Assembly: GCA_001949185.1 (NCBI GenBank)
Contig: BDGG01000005.1
Coordinates: forward strand, 2,705,972-2,769,971
Origin: Ramazzottius varieornatus
Lineage: Eukaryota; Animalia; Tardigrada
Direction of reading: 5' to 3'
Length of the DNA stretch: 64,000 bases
The notes beneath the pieces are model-generated. The model searched no databases, was not told the origin of the DNA, and saw nothing but the letters and a program-made list of their open reading frames with translations. Shown in pieces: positions 49,858-64,000 of this stretch. A program made the translations under genes and the position numbers. Each line of letters opens with the position of its first letter. Within the stretch, counting starts at the first letter, position 1.

Positions 49858-52800
49858 ATGGAGCAAAGTGGCATGAGGATTTTACTGTGGACTATCATTG
49901 CGGCTTACGTCATGCCGCCACTTGCTCTGCTGGATATCGCCTCGCCAACCGATATGCGCAAACTCTTCTTCAATGAAGACGAAGGTAGGAAAAGCAAACT
50001 TAGCCAGAAACTTCCTTTCTTCGAAAATTTTATCACCTGTCCTCGCAGCAGTACTTTGCAAAAAAGCCCATAGTTCTCTGAAGAAATGTTTTGTATCCAG
50101 CAATGTTCAATTTTTGCTAGAATGAATCGTAGAAAATCGACCGACAATCGAAAAAGGTGCAGCGGACTCGCTAATTTCGTAAATTACATGCTGTTAACTT
50201 CTTTGGTTAGAGTTACAGTAGTACTCTAAAAGTCAGTTCTGGCTTTGAGGAAGGTACCTCTTTGGATTCTCCGGACAAAAATTAAGAGAGAAAAAGTCCA
50301 AGCACGGTAAATTAAGAAGAAAAAGTCCACCGCATACCGATGCGGTGCTTCCTTTGGATTCTGCTGGATGGCACAGGAAGCTGGATTATGGTGTCGATCC
50401 GCTCAAGTGATTTCCACGGTTAATACAAGCGGGAAAGTATCTTCCGCTTCAGTGACGATTAATCTTTTGAGCAGAAAGCTGCGTTCCCAGGAGAGTCCTT
50501 CTCAAGTTTACGACATGCTTTCTTGTACATGTAGATGAGCAGCTGGACCGAAGTCCCGCATCTGCTGCTAATTATTCCCGAGTTTCTAAATTTACACTTT
50601 TCCACTAGGATCGTGGAATAGTGTCGTGAGGAGACTGGTGAGAAGCGAAGTGCGGAAGATGGATATGGAAGAGCGAAGCGGAGGAGTGGTGAGGGTGGTT
50701 GATAGTTTGGATGGAACGAGGCGATAAACGTCAGGCAAATTGCTCAGTGACAAGCTGACAAGGAAAACTGAGGAGTAATTTAGTGCTCGAGTTATAAGAC
50801 GTTGATCGGATTATGGGAAGAAATTGGATCCCTGGGAGATTCCATGGGATACTTAAATCGTTACAGCTCTCTACTCACTCATCAAAATCAGGTTAAGATT
50901 TCTCAAGCCTCTCCAGTCTGCAGTTTCGTCTGCACAATCCAGTCGACTAAACATGTATGCGGGTAAAAATGTAGAAAAATGGCATTGAACTATCTTCTCA
51001 TACCAATTTGCGCAGACTGAAGTTCATGGGCGACATAATAATGGCGATGGCGTCAAATAATAGTAGTGCTTCGTAAACCGTAAAGATTATTGGTTTTTCT
51101 TTTGTTTTTGGTGAGGTTGGGATTTTCGAGAATGTGATGGTGACTTTGGAAATACAGTACGAAGCGTTGAGGAATGTTCGGAAAATATTCATTAGATATC
51201 TGTGAAACTTTGTTCTCTCATTCACCTTCGCGACCTGTCGGGTTGTCCCATTGTCCATAAGATTAATCACCTACCCACTTACAATCTTCCCTGCTGTGCA
51301 AAATGGCACCTTGTATTCGTTTCGCCATAAATTTCAACGTTGTATTCACTTAAACTTAACTTGGTCGAATACTGCGAAATATCGCAGATAAGGGTCGGAC
51401 AGGAAACTGTGACCTCCGTCAGAATAATCGGAGAATTGAGTCTGTAGTGTCACGGCTTTCTGTTTCTAGATCAACGACCGTTGTTCCCTGTGATATTCAA
51501 CCTCGCCGCTCATTCGCGAATATGGACCAACGCAACATGCGGCATGGAACGACCGGAAGTTTACTGCCGGCTGGTCGAGCATGTGCTGATGAAGTATACG
51601 ACCGAAGCTTCCTGGGACAATTCTGACCGTTGCCAAACATGCTCTCTTTTCAGACCGCCACAATGCGGGATCTGCGATGCCAACAGCGCCGATCTGTCCC
51701 AAGTCCACGTCGCTGAGAACGCCATCGACGGTAGCCCTCGCTGGTGGCAAAGTCCCACTGTGGCCAACGGGAATGAATACGAACGCGTCACCCTTATCAT
51801 CGACATGCGAGCGGTAAGAAATTTTATCGAAACCAGTTCCAGTGGACCCGATGTCAAAACACAACTGATAACTCGTGTTGGTTACCGAAACCGATCAAGT
51901 TAGAATACAAGTTTGAAGGATGTGCGCGGGTTTATGAGGGTACTCAGGACAGCGATCAATCATTTTGACGTCGGTTTAATTGCGTTGCCGAATGATTGTG
52001 GTTGTATACATACCCTAAAGTAAAAGTAGCCCGTAACATAAGCAACATCAATATGCATTTCCTTTCAGCACTACCAAGTGGCCTACATCATTGTCAAAGT
52101 GGCCAACTCCCCGCGTCCTGCTGCATGGGAGCTGGCTCGCTCACTGGACGGGGTGACGTACAAGCCGTGGCAGTTGTTTGCGAGGTCCGACTCGGAATGC
52201 GAAGAGCTCTTCGGCATGCCGGGAACCCAGGGTCGCCCGCGGTACACGACGGATGACCAAGTAGTCTGCTCGACCGATTATAGCCGCATCCACCCTCTGG
52301 AGGACGGGGAAATTCAGATTTCGTTGATTAATGATCGACCGGGAGCTGACGGACTCAGCCAAGCGTTGATCGTACGCTAATCCAGAACGAAAAATACAAT
52401 TGACCCATCGTGACTATTTTGAATACTTGTAGGACTTCACGACAGCGAGATATGTGAGACTGCGGCTCATAAAAATGCATACGCTTACTGCGGACATTCG
52501 AGCAATATTTCCGGGGTCGTCTCGCTTGGAAGATTCTTCTGAAACTCGTCGGGTCAGTATCCGCTGCTCGCTTTTTAGAATTGTTCAGATGCCAGTTCGT
52601 CGGAGCGTTTTTTTGCACTATTTTATGTACTGATGTAAAGGATGATAATTTTACTGTCTTTGGTTTCTCTGGCAGTACTTCTATTCCATCAAAGACATTT
52701 CCATCGGTGGTCAGTGCATTTGTTTCGGCCATGCACGCGATTGTCCAGCCGATGACGAAGGAATTGCGCGGTGTCAGTGCGCCCACAACACGTGTGGTGA

Positions 52801-55800
52801 AAGTTGCGAACGGTGCTGCCCCCTGTTCAACCAAAAACCGTGGAAGGCCGGAACTGCGAACGATCCCGCCGTTTGCGAAGGTGCAGAAAATCCAGAAGAA
52901 AAGTCCAAATATTCAAACATTTTTCTAACATTGACCTCTACCAGCTTGATTTAGCAAGAAGTCCTTCACGAATTACAAAGTTAATCATATCTGTGCGGCA
53001 CATTATTTCTGGATTTTCTACAGTCACCCAAGAGGCTGAGTTTCTTTTTCGTAGGTTGTCAGTGTCATGGACACGCAGCCGAGTGTCGTTACGACGCCTC
53101 CGTAGCCGCCACGCATTCTAGTTTGAGCATTTCCGGCAAGCACGAAGGTGGCGGTGTCTGTGTAGACTGCCAGCACAACACCACCGGGACAAACTGCGAA
53201 CGATGCCGTGATGGCTTTTTCCGACCATTAGGTGTGGACAAGTTCAACCCCAGTGGGTGTTTGCCATGCGAATGTCAAGACTTTGGTACCACCGGCCAGT
53301 GTATCGTCAACGAAGAGTCCATGATCGGCGACCTCCAACCTGGTGACTGCGTCTGTCTGGAAGGCTTCGCCGGACCCAAATGTGACCACTGCGCACCGGG
53401 CTATCGAAACTATCCGGAATGCGAACCGTGTCCTTGCAGTTACGCAGGGAGTAGGAATGGAGAAGCTTGTCAAGGTAATGTTGACGCCACTTCGTAAACA
53501 AAACGTATAGAAAAATGGCCAAAGTTCATCAGTTTTCCTGTTTGTGGCAAATACGCCAGTGGAAACAGACTATGATAATAAAATGGTCGGAGGAATGAAT
53601 CGCTTTCTAGGCGATTGTCAGTGTAAGGATCACGTGGAAGGCGATCGGTGTGAGCGCTGCAAAGCCGGCTTCTTCAACCTGGACGCCAACAACCCGCAAG
53701 GATGCACACCATGCTTCTGCTTTGGTGTGACGGATACTTGCCAAGAGGCTGGCTGGAACATGACGAAGATTGCCACGCTGGACGAATGGATCTTGACGGA
53801 CTCCACCGGGTCGCGCATCCTGTACCCAAGCTACATCAACGGGACCCCTGTCATCGCTGCCGACGACGCCTACGAGCTCGATGTCTTCTACTGGCTGGCG
53901 CCCAAACCTTTCCGGGGGAATAAACTGGTCAGTTATGGAGGAAAACTCGACTACTCCATCACCTTCATCAAAGGTAATAAAGAAACAATAGCCATTGCAG
54001 TTGTCGACTGTACGAATAATGCGTAAAAAAGTGGCCAGACTCGTTGTTTGCACGGACTGCTGCCCAAAGGTTGACAACCACTATCTGAAGTCAAATACTT
54101 TGTGCACAGACTTTGCACGATTACACCTCTTCCTGTTTTGAAATTGTGTGTGAGTTTTTAGGTCGAGGTGATCTGACCGGAAGTTACACAGCGGACGTCG
54201 ACGTGATCCTGGAAGGTAACGCCATCCGTATCGGCAAAGGCGAGCGCTTCTTCCGCGAGTCCACTCCGCACCACTCTTCGGTGCTCCTTCAAGAACAAGG
54301 CTGGCATCACGTCAGCCTCAATGGAATCTTCGGGTCGTTTGTCTCCAAAGAGCAGTTTATGACACTGCTTGCCAACGTCGAGAAATTGATGATCCGTGGG
54401 ACGTACCATACGCGACAGTTGGAGTCCCGTCTGCTGATGGTGTCACTGTCGGTGGCGGACCCGAAGTCAAAGGAATTGGTCAAGATGCCCTCGGTGGAGA
54501 TGTGTGAATGCCCACCGGGCTACGCTGGGTTATCGTGTGAGACGTGCACGGGCGGACATCGGAGGGTTAATCAGACGCTGTACAACGGCCACTGCATGCC
54601 CTGTCACTGTCATGCACATGCAACGACGTGTGACGCCTTTACGGGGGAGTGTCGGGATTGTCTGCATAACACAACCGGTAGGGAGACCTTTGAAACAATT
54701 TGCTATTATCATCAATATCTTTATTTGTGGGGGCGGGTGAGAAAATAGACGAGGTCCTCAGCAAACAAATTTCCAACCAAGGTTTGCCATTGTACTCTGT
54801 GGTAGCGTAACTTGATATTGTTGGAGATGCCAAATAGTTCGTTTTCTACGATCATTCCTTGCCATGATATTTTATCGCATAGGGTCTTTCTGCGAAAAGT
54901 GCACACCCGGATACTACGGAGACGCTCAAAGCGGAGATCCTAACAGCTGTCAGCCATGTGGATGTCCATTGATGACCGCCACCAATAACTTCAGCCCCAG
55001 CTGTGTAGCCGGAAGAACGTTGAGCTTGCCGGACGACTACATCTGCACGGACTGTCCACTGGGATATGTTGGCGCCAAGTGTGAAATGCAAGTACCGAGT
55101 CTAGCCGTTCTAGCAATTGGCTGAAATACCCCAATTTGCAGGTGCGCCGACGGATATTTCGGTAACCCTCTGGTACCGGGAAACTTTTGCCAGCCATGCG
55201 TCTGTAGCGGCAACGTCGATTTGGCCGCGGTGGGTAACTGCGAACGCCTGACTGGCAAATGTCTGAAGTGCGTCGGCTACACGGAAGGCTTCAGCTGCGA
55301 ACGATGTCGAAAGGGCTTTTACGGCAACGCTTTGCAGCACGATTGCCGCTGTAAGTGACGCTTTAATCAATTCGTCGCGTCGGTAACGGTCTCCTTCCTT
55401 TCAGCTTGTGACTGTAGCCATTTCGGCTCCGAACACAGCGACTGCCACCGCAACAGCGGTCAGTGTGTCTGCAAGGCCGGCTACGAAGGGAAGAAGTGTG
55501 ACCGATGTGCGGCCGGCTTTGGCCAGATATCCGAAGGCTGTCTTCCCTGCGAATGCGACATGGTCGGTTCGCTGTCCAGTCAGTGTGATCCCGTCACTGG
55601 CCAGTGTCAGTGCCTACCCGGAGTCTTTGGCTTACACTGTCGCCGCTGTCAAGAAGGCTTCTTTGGCTTCTCGGATACCGGCTGTGAAGCCTGCGCATGT
55701 GAGACGCTGGGCTCGCTGAACCAGACCTGCCAGCAAGACAATGGACAGTGCTTCTGTAAAGCCAACGTCGAAGGAAGGACTTGTGACAAGTGCCAGCCGA

Positions 55801-58800
55801 CTTTCTGGGGCATCACTTCCGGCAGAGGTGCGTAAAAACAAAAGATCGATCATATTCGTTTGTTCTTGACATAGAAGGTGTTTCACGCAAGCTGCGAATA
55901 AACTATTGGTTTTGTGGAACTATAATAGCCTGATGAAAACACACAGAGTCACGACTGGCATTTTTTCTACAGTGTACTTCACAGTTGACCTCTGAACTTG
56001 ACCGGGATTTTCTTCTGCAGGTTGCGAAAGCTGCAGCTGCGATCCTCTCGGTTCGATAAGTGCGGCGTGCGACCCGATGAATGGCCAATGTCGCTGCCGA
56101 CCCGGCGTGACTGGTCGAACCTGTTCCGAGTGCGAGGTGGGCTTCTTCGGCCTGACATCTCGAGGTTGCACCAAGTGTCCGGTCTGCCGCATTGCTGGGC
56201 AGGTTTGTGATCGCCAGACAGGCGAATGCATCTGTCCGCCCTTGACCATCGGCCAAAGGTGTGACAAGTGTGCGGCCAACAGTTACGACTACCATCCCTT
56301 GCTTGGCTGCAAGGCTTGCAACTGCAGCGCGGTTGGATCTCTGAGTTCCGACTGCGACGTGGTGACGGGCAAGTGTCGCTGTAAGGACAGCTACACGGGC
56401 AAGCAGTGTGATGAATGCCATTTTGGCTTCTTTGGCTTCCCGGACTGCAAAGACTGCGGATGTCTCGTGAACGGAACCCAGCCGGACAGCTGCAAAGGCG
56501 GACAATGCCAATGCGACAAGTCGAGCGGCCAGTGCACCTGCAAGTAAGTCGTTCGATCATTTTCTACCTATGTATTCGAAAATAAAATAATCAGAATAAA
56601 ATAATCTCCCGAACCTGCGAAAGAAGGGTAGACAGACTAGGAAAGCAACTCTCATGTCACGATAATGCTCACCACTATTTATCAGTTTCTTCGTTGTCCG
56701 CAGGCCTTTTTCTCCTGTCTTGTGTATCGGAGTAAATTTTGATTCTACAGTAGCAGTAGCCTCTAGTAGAGATGGGGTAAGTGTAATTTACCGAAACTAA
56801 ATCGAACTTATCGATTTTGTATGAGAAATTACCGAAACCGAAATTATCGGTGTGGGTTTCATACCGAAAAACCGATTTCGGTGTGCGTTCGCACCAAACC
56901 GATACCAAGTCGAAATTTTTCGGTAAATTGAAACATACCGAAAGGCCCAGAAAGATGAGAGTTTGACCGATTTTTGAGCGATCCCGAGAAAGTTTTCGGC
57001 CTACAGACTGTATTTCTGCTAGCTTGATAGACAGCCATCCGGTGGAGGAAAATCTCCCAACATCTCAAGACACGCCAAGCGTTGTACGCTTGCGGCTCGC
57101 CCTGTTTTGCGCCAGTTTTACCTGGTTTTTCCCGTTGATTAGAGAAACGCTATATTTTTCGGTTTGATTTGGTGTGGTAAATCGAAATTTCGGTGCAGCA
57201 ATTTACCAAATCAAAAATATCGGTGTGGACTTCATACTGAAATTTCCGATTCAGTGTGAGAGTCTACCAAATCGAAAAATACCACACCGAAGTTAATCAT
57301 ACTTATCCCATCTCTAGCCTCTCTCTCCTCTTGTAGGAAAAACGTGGAGGGTCAGCGGTGCAACCGCTGTAAAGAACGGTCCTTCTCTCTAGACAAGGAG
57401 AACCCCGACGGTTGCACCACTTGCTTTTGCTGCGGCAAGTCCGACCGCTGTTGGCAGTCGCCGTACATCTGGAAGGTGGTCACCCACCCTGGCAACCGCG
57501 TCGACTTCACCTACACACCCCACCCCGGCCACCACCACCAGGCCATCCCCCACCTCAACCGGACACTGGCCATGGACATTCTGCCCTTTGACGTCTCCCA
57601 CGTCACCCTGCCACGCATCCACTTTGAGACGCCTTTTTACTGGGAACTGCCTTGGCAATTCTTGGGGGACAAAATCTTGTCGTACAATGGTCGACTGCGC
57701 TTCCGCTTGGACGGCGAATACATCGGTAGTCAGTACCAAGAGCGACACGGTCAGCTGGCCAGCTTTCCTCTGGCTTTACTACAAGGTAACTATCGCATCA
57801 TCCTCGACTACAAACCACACTCTAGACGGTACACCAACAACCTCGATGAAGAGTTCGAGATTCACTTCCATGAGTCGAAATGGCAGAACAGACAGAACCC
57901 GCACTTCCCGGTGACCAGGGAGTTGCTGATGGTGGCCATGCAGAATATGCAGCACTTTTTGATTAGAGGCAACGTGGTGGCCTTACCGAGGTGGCTGCAG
58001 ATTGGCGGGCTGGAATTGGAGACGGCGGGACGAGGAAGGGATACGGGTGGACGAGCGGCTATCGGGGTGGAAATGTGTGATTGCCCAGCGGGCTACAATG
58101 GCACGTCGTGCCAGAGCCCGGCGGCTGGCTTCTACCGCCAACATGCGCCGGACGCGCTAGACCATATTGACCATCTGAAGCTGCTGGGTCAAGCCAAGCC
58201 TTGCCAGTGTCACAACCATTCGAATGAATGCGATACGGAAAGCGGGCTGTGCTTGAACTGCCAACATAGCACTGAAGGTAAGTTCGACGGTTGGTTCTTG
58301 CAAGCAGAGTCAAGATATTCCTCATCCTGAGGTTGCATTACAGGGGACCATTGTCAGCGTTGTGCGAAGGGTTATTTTGGCGAGGCCCACAAAGGCCAAG
58401 CCGGCAGTTGCCGTCGGTGCGCGTGTCCCACCATCGAGCACAACTACAGCGAATCCTGTACGCCCTTCCGCAACGTCAATGCCAGCGACTACATTTGCGA
58501 CAAGTGCCAGCATGGCTTCGTGGGTGAGAAATGCGAGATGTGCGACAAGGGCTACTTTGGTCACCCTCGTCAAGGCATTCCGTGTCGAGCCTGCCAATGC
58601 AATACGTGGGGCTCTATCAACCAAATCTGCCATGTCCTGACTGGACAATGCCAGTGTCGCGGCGACCTGCAAGGACGGGACTGTAGCAAGTGCCAAGTTG
58701 GCCATGTCATCACATCCTCCGGATGTGTCAGTAAGTCCAGCCGACTCTTGGCTAAAAATATCCACATTGCTTGGGCTGATCGAATTCGTCGTTCCTTTCA

Positions 58801-61800
58801 GACTGCATGAACGACTACTGTATCAGGATCCTCGTCGATGAGTTCACTGTGATGGACAGCGGACTGGAGCATTTCAATATGAGTGGCCTTAGTCAAGCTC
58901 CGTTGAAACGGCTGAATCGCCTGGAAGAGCGGATCGATCGGGTTTCGGTCAGCGGGCTTTTTCACAAACAGTCCGGGTCAATTTTGTTACGTTGGGCTTT
59001 GGTTTCAGCTGGTTGTGCAAAGCGCCATTGGAGAAAGTGCTTCGTTCATGGACAGCGTGTTTCCCACCTTGGAAGCCAACTTTGATTTTGACCGTGAAAT
59101 CCGCCGAGTCATGCTGTTGGTAAGGTTCTCATCAAATGATTGCCAGCTTGATATCAGTAGAAAGCGACTGTAGCAAGAAAGTGCTTGTCGTTGTTCCAGG
59201 CCAATAAGTCGGCCACGGACGCCATCTCACTGAAAGAACGAGGACTTTCGGCGCAGAAAAATGTCAATGCGGTCTGCGCCGATGTACCGAATATCAATGA
59301 GAGAATTTACCGTAAGTGGGCCGAAGAATAAAGCTACGTTTTAAATCGACGGCATTGCGACCATCTTTTTTAGAACTGACGGAAGCCTTACGCTCCTATG
59401 TGATGAGCGAGTCGTCGCAAGGCAGCTTGAACGTCCAGCTGATCCTGACAGAAGCCGAAGCCATCCTGCGAATGATCGAGGAAGGCAACCCCAAGTTCCG
59501 CAACACTTCGGCCATTGCCGAAGTCAGGTACGTACTGCACGAGCAAGCCTGTGCTTTCTGCCTTCTGGGCCAGTCTGAATGCGTTGGGTTTTTTGTAGTG
59601 CCATTTCGGTTACGCTGTCGGAAATCGAGTCGTTGGAAGGTGGCGGCGAACTGGTGGCCTCTGTCAGGCAACGATACGAGGAAATTCGCCAGCGAATCAT
59701 GGAAATACAGCGTTATGTCGAGAATGACGTCAGCATTGCGCTTCGGACCAGCCGGCGCTTAACGGGCCAGACCAGCCAGAAACTGGCCAAGGTCCACGAG
59801 ACGTCCAAAATCTTAAAGGCCTTGGACGACGAGGTGACGGCGGCGCATGCACAAGGCCAACTTCTAGCCCAGAACGCCAGCAAGCACTACCAGAACGCCA
59901 CCAAGAATTTCGAGGTAAGACTCGTTTCTAATCGTATCATATTGTGACCGCTACTGCGTTTCGGTATCTCATCGACTATGAAAGCTGCAAAAAGTCTTCA
60001 TTGACGATGGGAATTTTCAACGAATCTTTCATGTTGCTTGCGGTTGCTTGCTGTAGGCATTGTACAGCTTGTCCGGTAGTCTTCCCACACCGTTCTTCCC
60101 ATCTAATCTGTTATAATTTCTCTTTTCGCTGCTCTTCTGGAAACAGTCTCTGCTGCTGTGGGATGCTGACATCGTACCCTTCTCTTTTCCTGAAACCTTT
60201 TTCGGGGCTAACCAACTGGGACTTCTGTCCGTCGTCCTGCGCAATGTACTCTCCTCTTTCTCCCTCCTTTTGACAGTACTTCCTTCTCACCGCCGTAACA
60301 ATACGTCTGCTCTTGCCTAAGACCTTCATCTAACTTTAGGACGCTCAAACTGCTCTAAAGACTTTCCAGCAAGCAGTCCATCTACTTCAAAACACCTCGG
60401 GTATCCTTGAGAACCTCAACCCTGAATACCGCCAAACCATCGTTGAGCCAGCTTTGGAACACAGCGCTTTGCTGCAAGAGAAGGCCGATATGTTGGAGGA
60501 ACTCTTTGTCAGCGCCAAAGCCGAAGCAGCCGACCCCATGAAAGCTGCGCAAGCATACGAGCGGATAGCCCAAGCCGTAGACGACGCCAGAAACGCCAGT
60601 AGTGCCGCCGACAGGACGGTGGATGAGACCTTCTTGGTAGTGTTCCCCCGGACCGAAGACCCGTTGACTGAGTATGCCGCGCGAGTCATGAATGACAGCT
60701 TGACGCTGGATCAAGCCGCAAAAACCTTGGTGGACGAGGAAGTGATGGGCTTGAAGGAGATACTGGACGAGGAGAGTGGACGCTTGGTGGGCGTCAATGC
60801 CACCAACGAACGGACTGGCACGGAGATGGATAGCATTGCCGATCGACTGTACCTCCTTCCAATTGGTAAGCACAAAGTAGGAGTGAAAACTGACGTTTTT
60901 TGCTGTCCCGAAACGCTGTCTTTCCAATTACGATGGTTAGTTATGGGATGAGATTATTCTAAGTTCATTATGCAACTGTTACGGGGCGTTCAGCCAGTCT
61001 AACAGCAAACGGTTCAAAAGACGCCATTTTTGCTATGAATATTCCGTATCAGCGAAGGTTGAGCCTGTGTGTGGCTGTAGATCTGATGGATCGGATACTG
61101 GACACCGACGACAACATTACCGAAGCTCTCCGTTCCTCCGATAACTCTGTGGCCACCGTCGACCGCATCACCGAATCCATGAACGTTGAGCTCAAGCCGA
61201 TGTTGGACCAAATCAAGGACCTGGACAAGAGCTCACTGGATCAGACTGAACGGTTGGTACAGGAATCGAAGCGGGACATCGGTAATTTGCAGCGAAGTAT
61301 CACTGACTTGGAGGTGACAACACGCAACATGGAGGACTTCCACAAGGACACGGCCAAGAGAATTCAGAAGCTGAGGAACGTCATCCTCTCTGCAAAACAG
61401 GCCGCCAGTACGTTGCAGGTGTCGCTCAGCACGGACGCCGATGGGGTCTGTAAGAGGTCGTACGAGCCACCGATCATTCCTGGGTCGGCCAATACCATGA
61501 CCTTGACGTACTCGACCAGCGAACCCGGAAGAAGTGCGCTGCTGATGTACCTCGGCAATCCACGAAGCTATGCGCTGGTATGAGTAGTAAAGAAATTACA
61601 GGAGAGAACCCAAGTTATAGCAGAGACAATGGCTGGATCCAGTTGAGCTGGTCAGAAAACAAATCGTAGCAAATGTAGGAAGCTGGAGTGGCGTAACCGT
61701 GTCCAATTATGGCATCAGCCAAAATGCAATCGACCGAAACACTTTTGCGATTTTACAGTATCAAAGGTCCTTGCCTGTTTTTGTTTTCCTCTTTGGAGTA

Positions 61801-64000
61801 CAGTACTGTAATATTTATCTTACCGTACGAAACTGTTTAAATTATTTGAAATCTGTCTGACGCTGTTTTCTGCGAACAGGAGCGCGACTTTATGGCTGTG
61901 GAGGTGGTTGACGGACGAGTCCGTTTCATCTGGAACGTCGGACAGGACACAAAGGTCATCCAACACCCCGAGAAGCTCTTACCGAACGAAGCCAGTTACA
62001 TTCAGCAGAACACTTGGTACAAGATCGAAGTTACAAGGTACGTTTGACCGCCAGTCTCTTAATGGTTCTGGAAAGAACATGATGCTCATGAAATTCGTAG
62101 GGTGAAGAACACGGCCCAACTCAGTGTGCTGCCCATGACGGAAGCCCTCAAGTTCGATCCGAAACTGATCAACGGTTCGACGGATGCCGGCTTCACTCGC
62201 ATGGACTTGAACCGCTCCTCGGAGATGTATGTCGGCGGTCTTCCCAGCAACATTGACGATATTCCGGAGATCAAAGCGAAAGGCTTCTTTGGCTGCTTGG
62301 GTCAGATCGCGATCGATGGTCAGCAGATCGGCTTGTGGAACTACAAGTCGGGCCAAGGCTGTGCCGGATGCGCAGCTGGGTAATGATTTACCACCGCATT
62401 CGTTCTCTTCTATTCTTTTCTAGCTTGAGTGTGACATTGTTTTAAATTTTGTGCAGAAGAGCAGCTGAAAGTGGGGATGGCGGAACGTTCCGCTTTAATG
62501 GCATGGGTTTCGCCAGTGCACCTCAGATAAAACGTTACAACAACAAAAGATACACCATCGCACTGACATTCCGCTCCTTCGATGAGAACGCACTACTGTT
62601 TTTGTGCGCCAATGACAAAGAGCCACAGGTTTGTCGAAACTCAAAATTTGAGGCTGCAGAATAATCGCATTTTCCCCCCTCCCATTGGGATCATAAAGTT
62701 ACACGGGTCGTGAAGCTGAAGTGAATTTGAAGGACTTCCCCAAGAGTTCGCATCGTTTGGCTACGTTAATTTTACAGGGTGACTTCATCAGTCTGGAACT
62801 TCGCGACGGCAAAGTAGCATTCCAGTTTTACCTTGGCGGTCAGAATCACCTCCTCGTCATAACTTCCCGTCGCTTTAACACCGGAAGTTTCGTCAATGTT
62901 CGCGCCGAACGATTCGACTACTATGCCGACTTACGTGTGGAAGATGACCACATCGCCGCCAGTCTGTCACCCAACAAACCGGACGGACTCGAGTTGGCTA
63001 GCCGAGAAATGTACTTTGGCGGGGTTCCTCCTGGCTTCGCTTTTCAATCCAAGTACAACATCACCTATAAACCTTTCATCGGCTGCATGAAAGACATCCA
63101 GGTATGATTCAAGCCTGTATGAGAGATGAACCACATCGTTTTCCCAAGTGGCGCGCTTTTTCACTGTTAATAGCTGGAAGCGTGCACCATTCGGGAGTGT
63201 TAGCCTAAGTGGCGCACGTTTTTATGTGATGTCAGCTGGAAGTTTGCGCCACTTGGGAAAACGATCTGGGGGATTTCGTTTGCCGCGATCTAATCGGTTT
63301 CAGTATGACTGGAAAATACGTTGACTGATGTGTCTCTAGGTGGATGTGACGTCAGTGGATCTGCTGTCCAAGACGGTTTACCATGTGGACGTGGAACAAG
63401 GTTGTAAGAGAAGATCCATACGAGATGTCAGCTTTAGCAATAGCAATGGATACCTGAAGCTGCCGGGCAAGACTTTGCTGGCTAATGCGTCGGTGAGCTT
63501 TTCCTTCGCTACGGGCCAGTCCGATGGGTTGCTGATTGCTTCCATCTCTGATAATTATAAGAACAATAAGAACTACTGGACGGCGAGCTTGCAGAGCGGC
63601 AAGCTGGTGCTTATTTTCAACAGCGGAAGCGGCAACACCAAAATTCAGGTGAGACCCGCATTATCGTACAAAGCTGACTGTGGTTCCTCGTGGCTTGCAA
63701 AGATATCCACCTCATGGACATCCGTAGAAGAGTGCCGTATCTCGTTCGGAACGATCGTTGTCATACGACAACCAGCCATTGAGTGATGCAGTGGTGTGAA
63801 AGTAGAATACGGTCTCCTGTTTATTTTTTTCCAGGTGGAGAATAAATATTACGACGATCGAGTTCTTCACACCGTATCCCTCCGTAAGCGTCGAAAGCGC
63901 ATCGAGCTTCGCGTAGACGACATGGAGATTCAAGAGGAGAAAGCCGCCTCCGATGGTAGCGAGGAGATTCTCTCCGACGTCATCTACGTGGGTGGCGCAC
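49858..64000 (+). CDS. Laminin alpha-1/2 type chain (wing blister-like), multi-exon, 3' end beyond window
   Basis: Signal peptide; LN domain (NATCG..RPEVYCRLVEH, WWQSP, ANSPRP); many LE repeats; two laminin-IV (B-type) domains; coiled coil; LG domains (YVGGLP, FIGCMKDI). Confidence 0.95.
56767..57316. mobile_element. hAT-type MITE in laminin intron
   Basis: TIRs TAGAGATGGGGTAAGT / ACTTATCCCATCTCTA; near TSD GCCTCTAG / GCCTCTCT; ACCGAAA subterminal repeats. Confidence 0.8.
63135..63265. repeat. Best-preserved site (two units) of the dispersed ~70-bp GTGGCGCA/TGCGCCAC palindrome family
   Basis: ATCGTTTTCCCAAGTGGCGC...TGCGCCACTTGGGAAAACGAT; other sites near 12803, 14170, 20070, 24990, 27489, 33480-33690, 44945-45090, 45700, 47085. 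Confidence 0.8.

Noticed and set aside
55903-56560. Long minus-strand ORFs over laminin exons
   Set aside because: Antisense shadows of Cys-rich coding exons

Overview
Eukaryotic DNA from a compact-genome invertebrate (short GT-AG introns, moderate GC; a small ecdysozoan such as a tardigrade or mite is an inference). About 16 intron-containing genes were assembled by hand: a head-to-head pair of small Gly/Tyr/Met-rich proteins with signal peptide and GPI-like tail, two tandem thioredoxins separated by a nested transposon pile (hAT elements with 8-bp TSDs plus a LINE), a stefin-type cystatin, a stand-alone POLR1D-isoform-2-like gene, TINAG-like, ECHDC1, ARIH2, an F-box/WD40 gene, a tandem pair of secreted EB/EGF/LDLa-like genes with a gene-conversion tract, ANKRD33B-like, an N-terminally extended APC11, a divergent Sen15-like ORF and laminin alpha-1/2 (runs off the window). 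There is also a solitary 5S rRNA gene, several MITEs, and a ~70-bp dispersed palindrome (GTGGCGCA-N26-28-TGCGCCAC) at about 10 mostly intronic sites. Exon boundaries were read manually and homology calls are from recognition of motifs, not from database searches.
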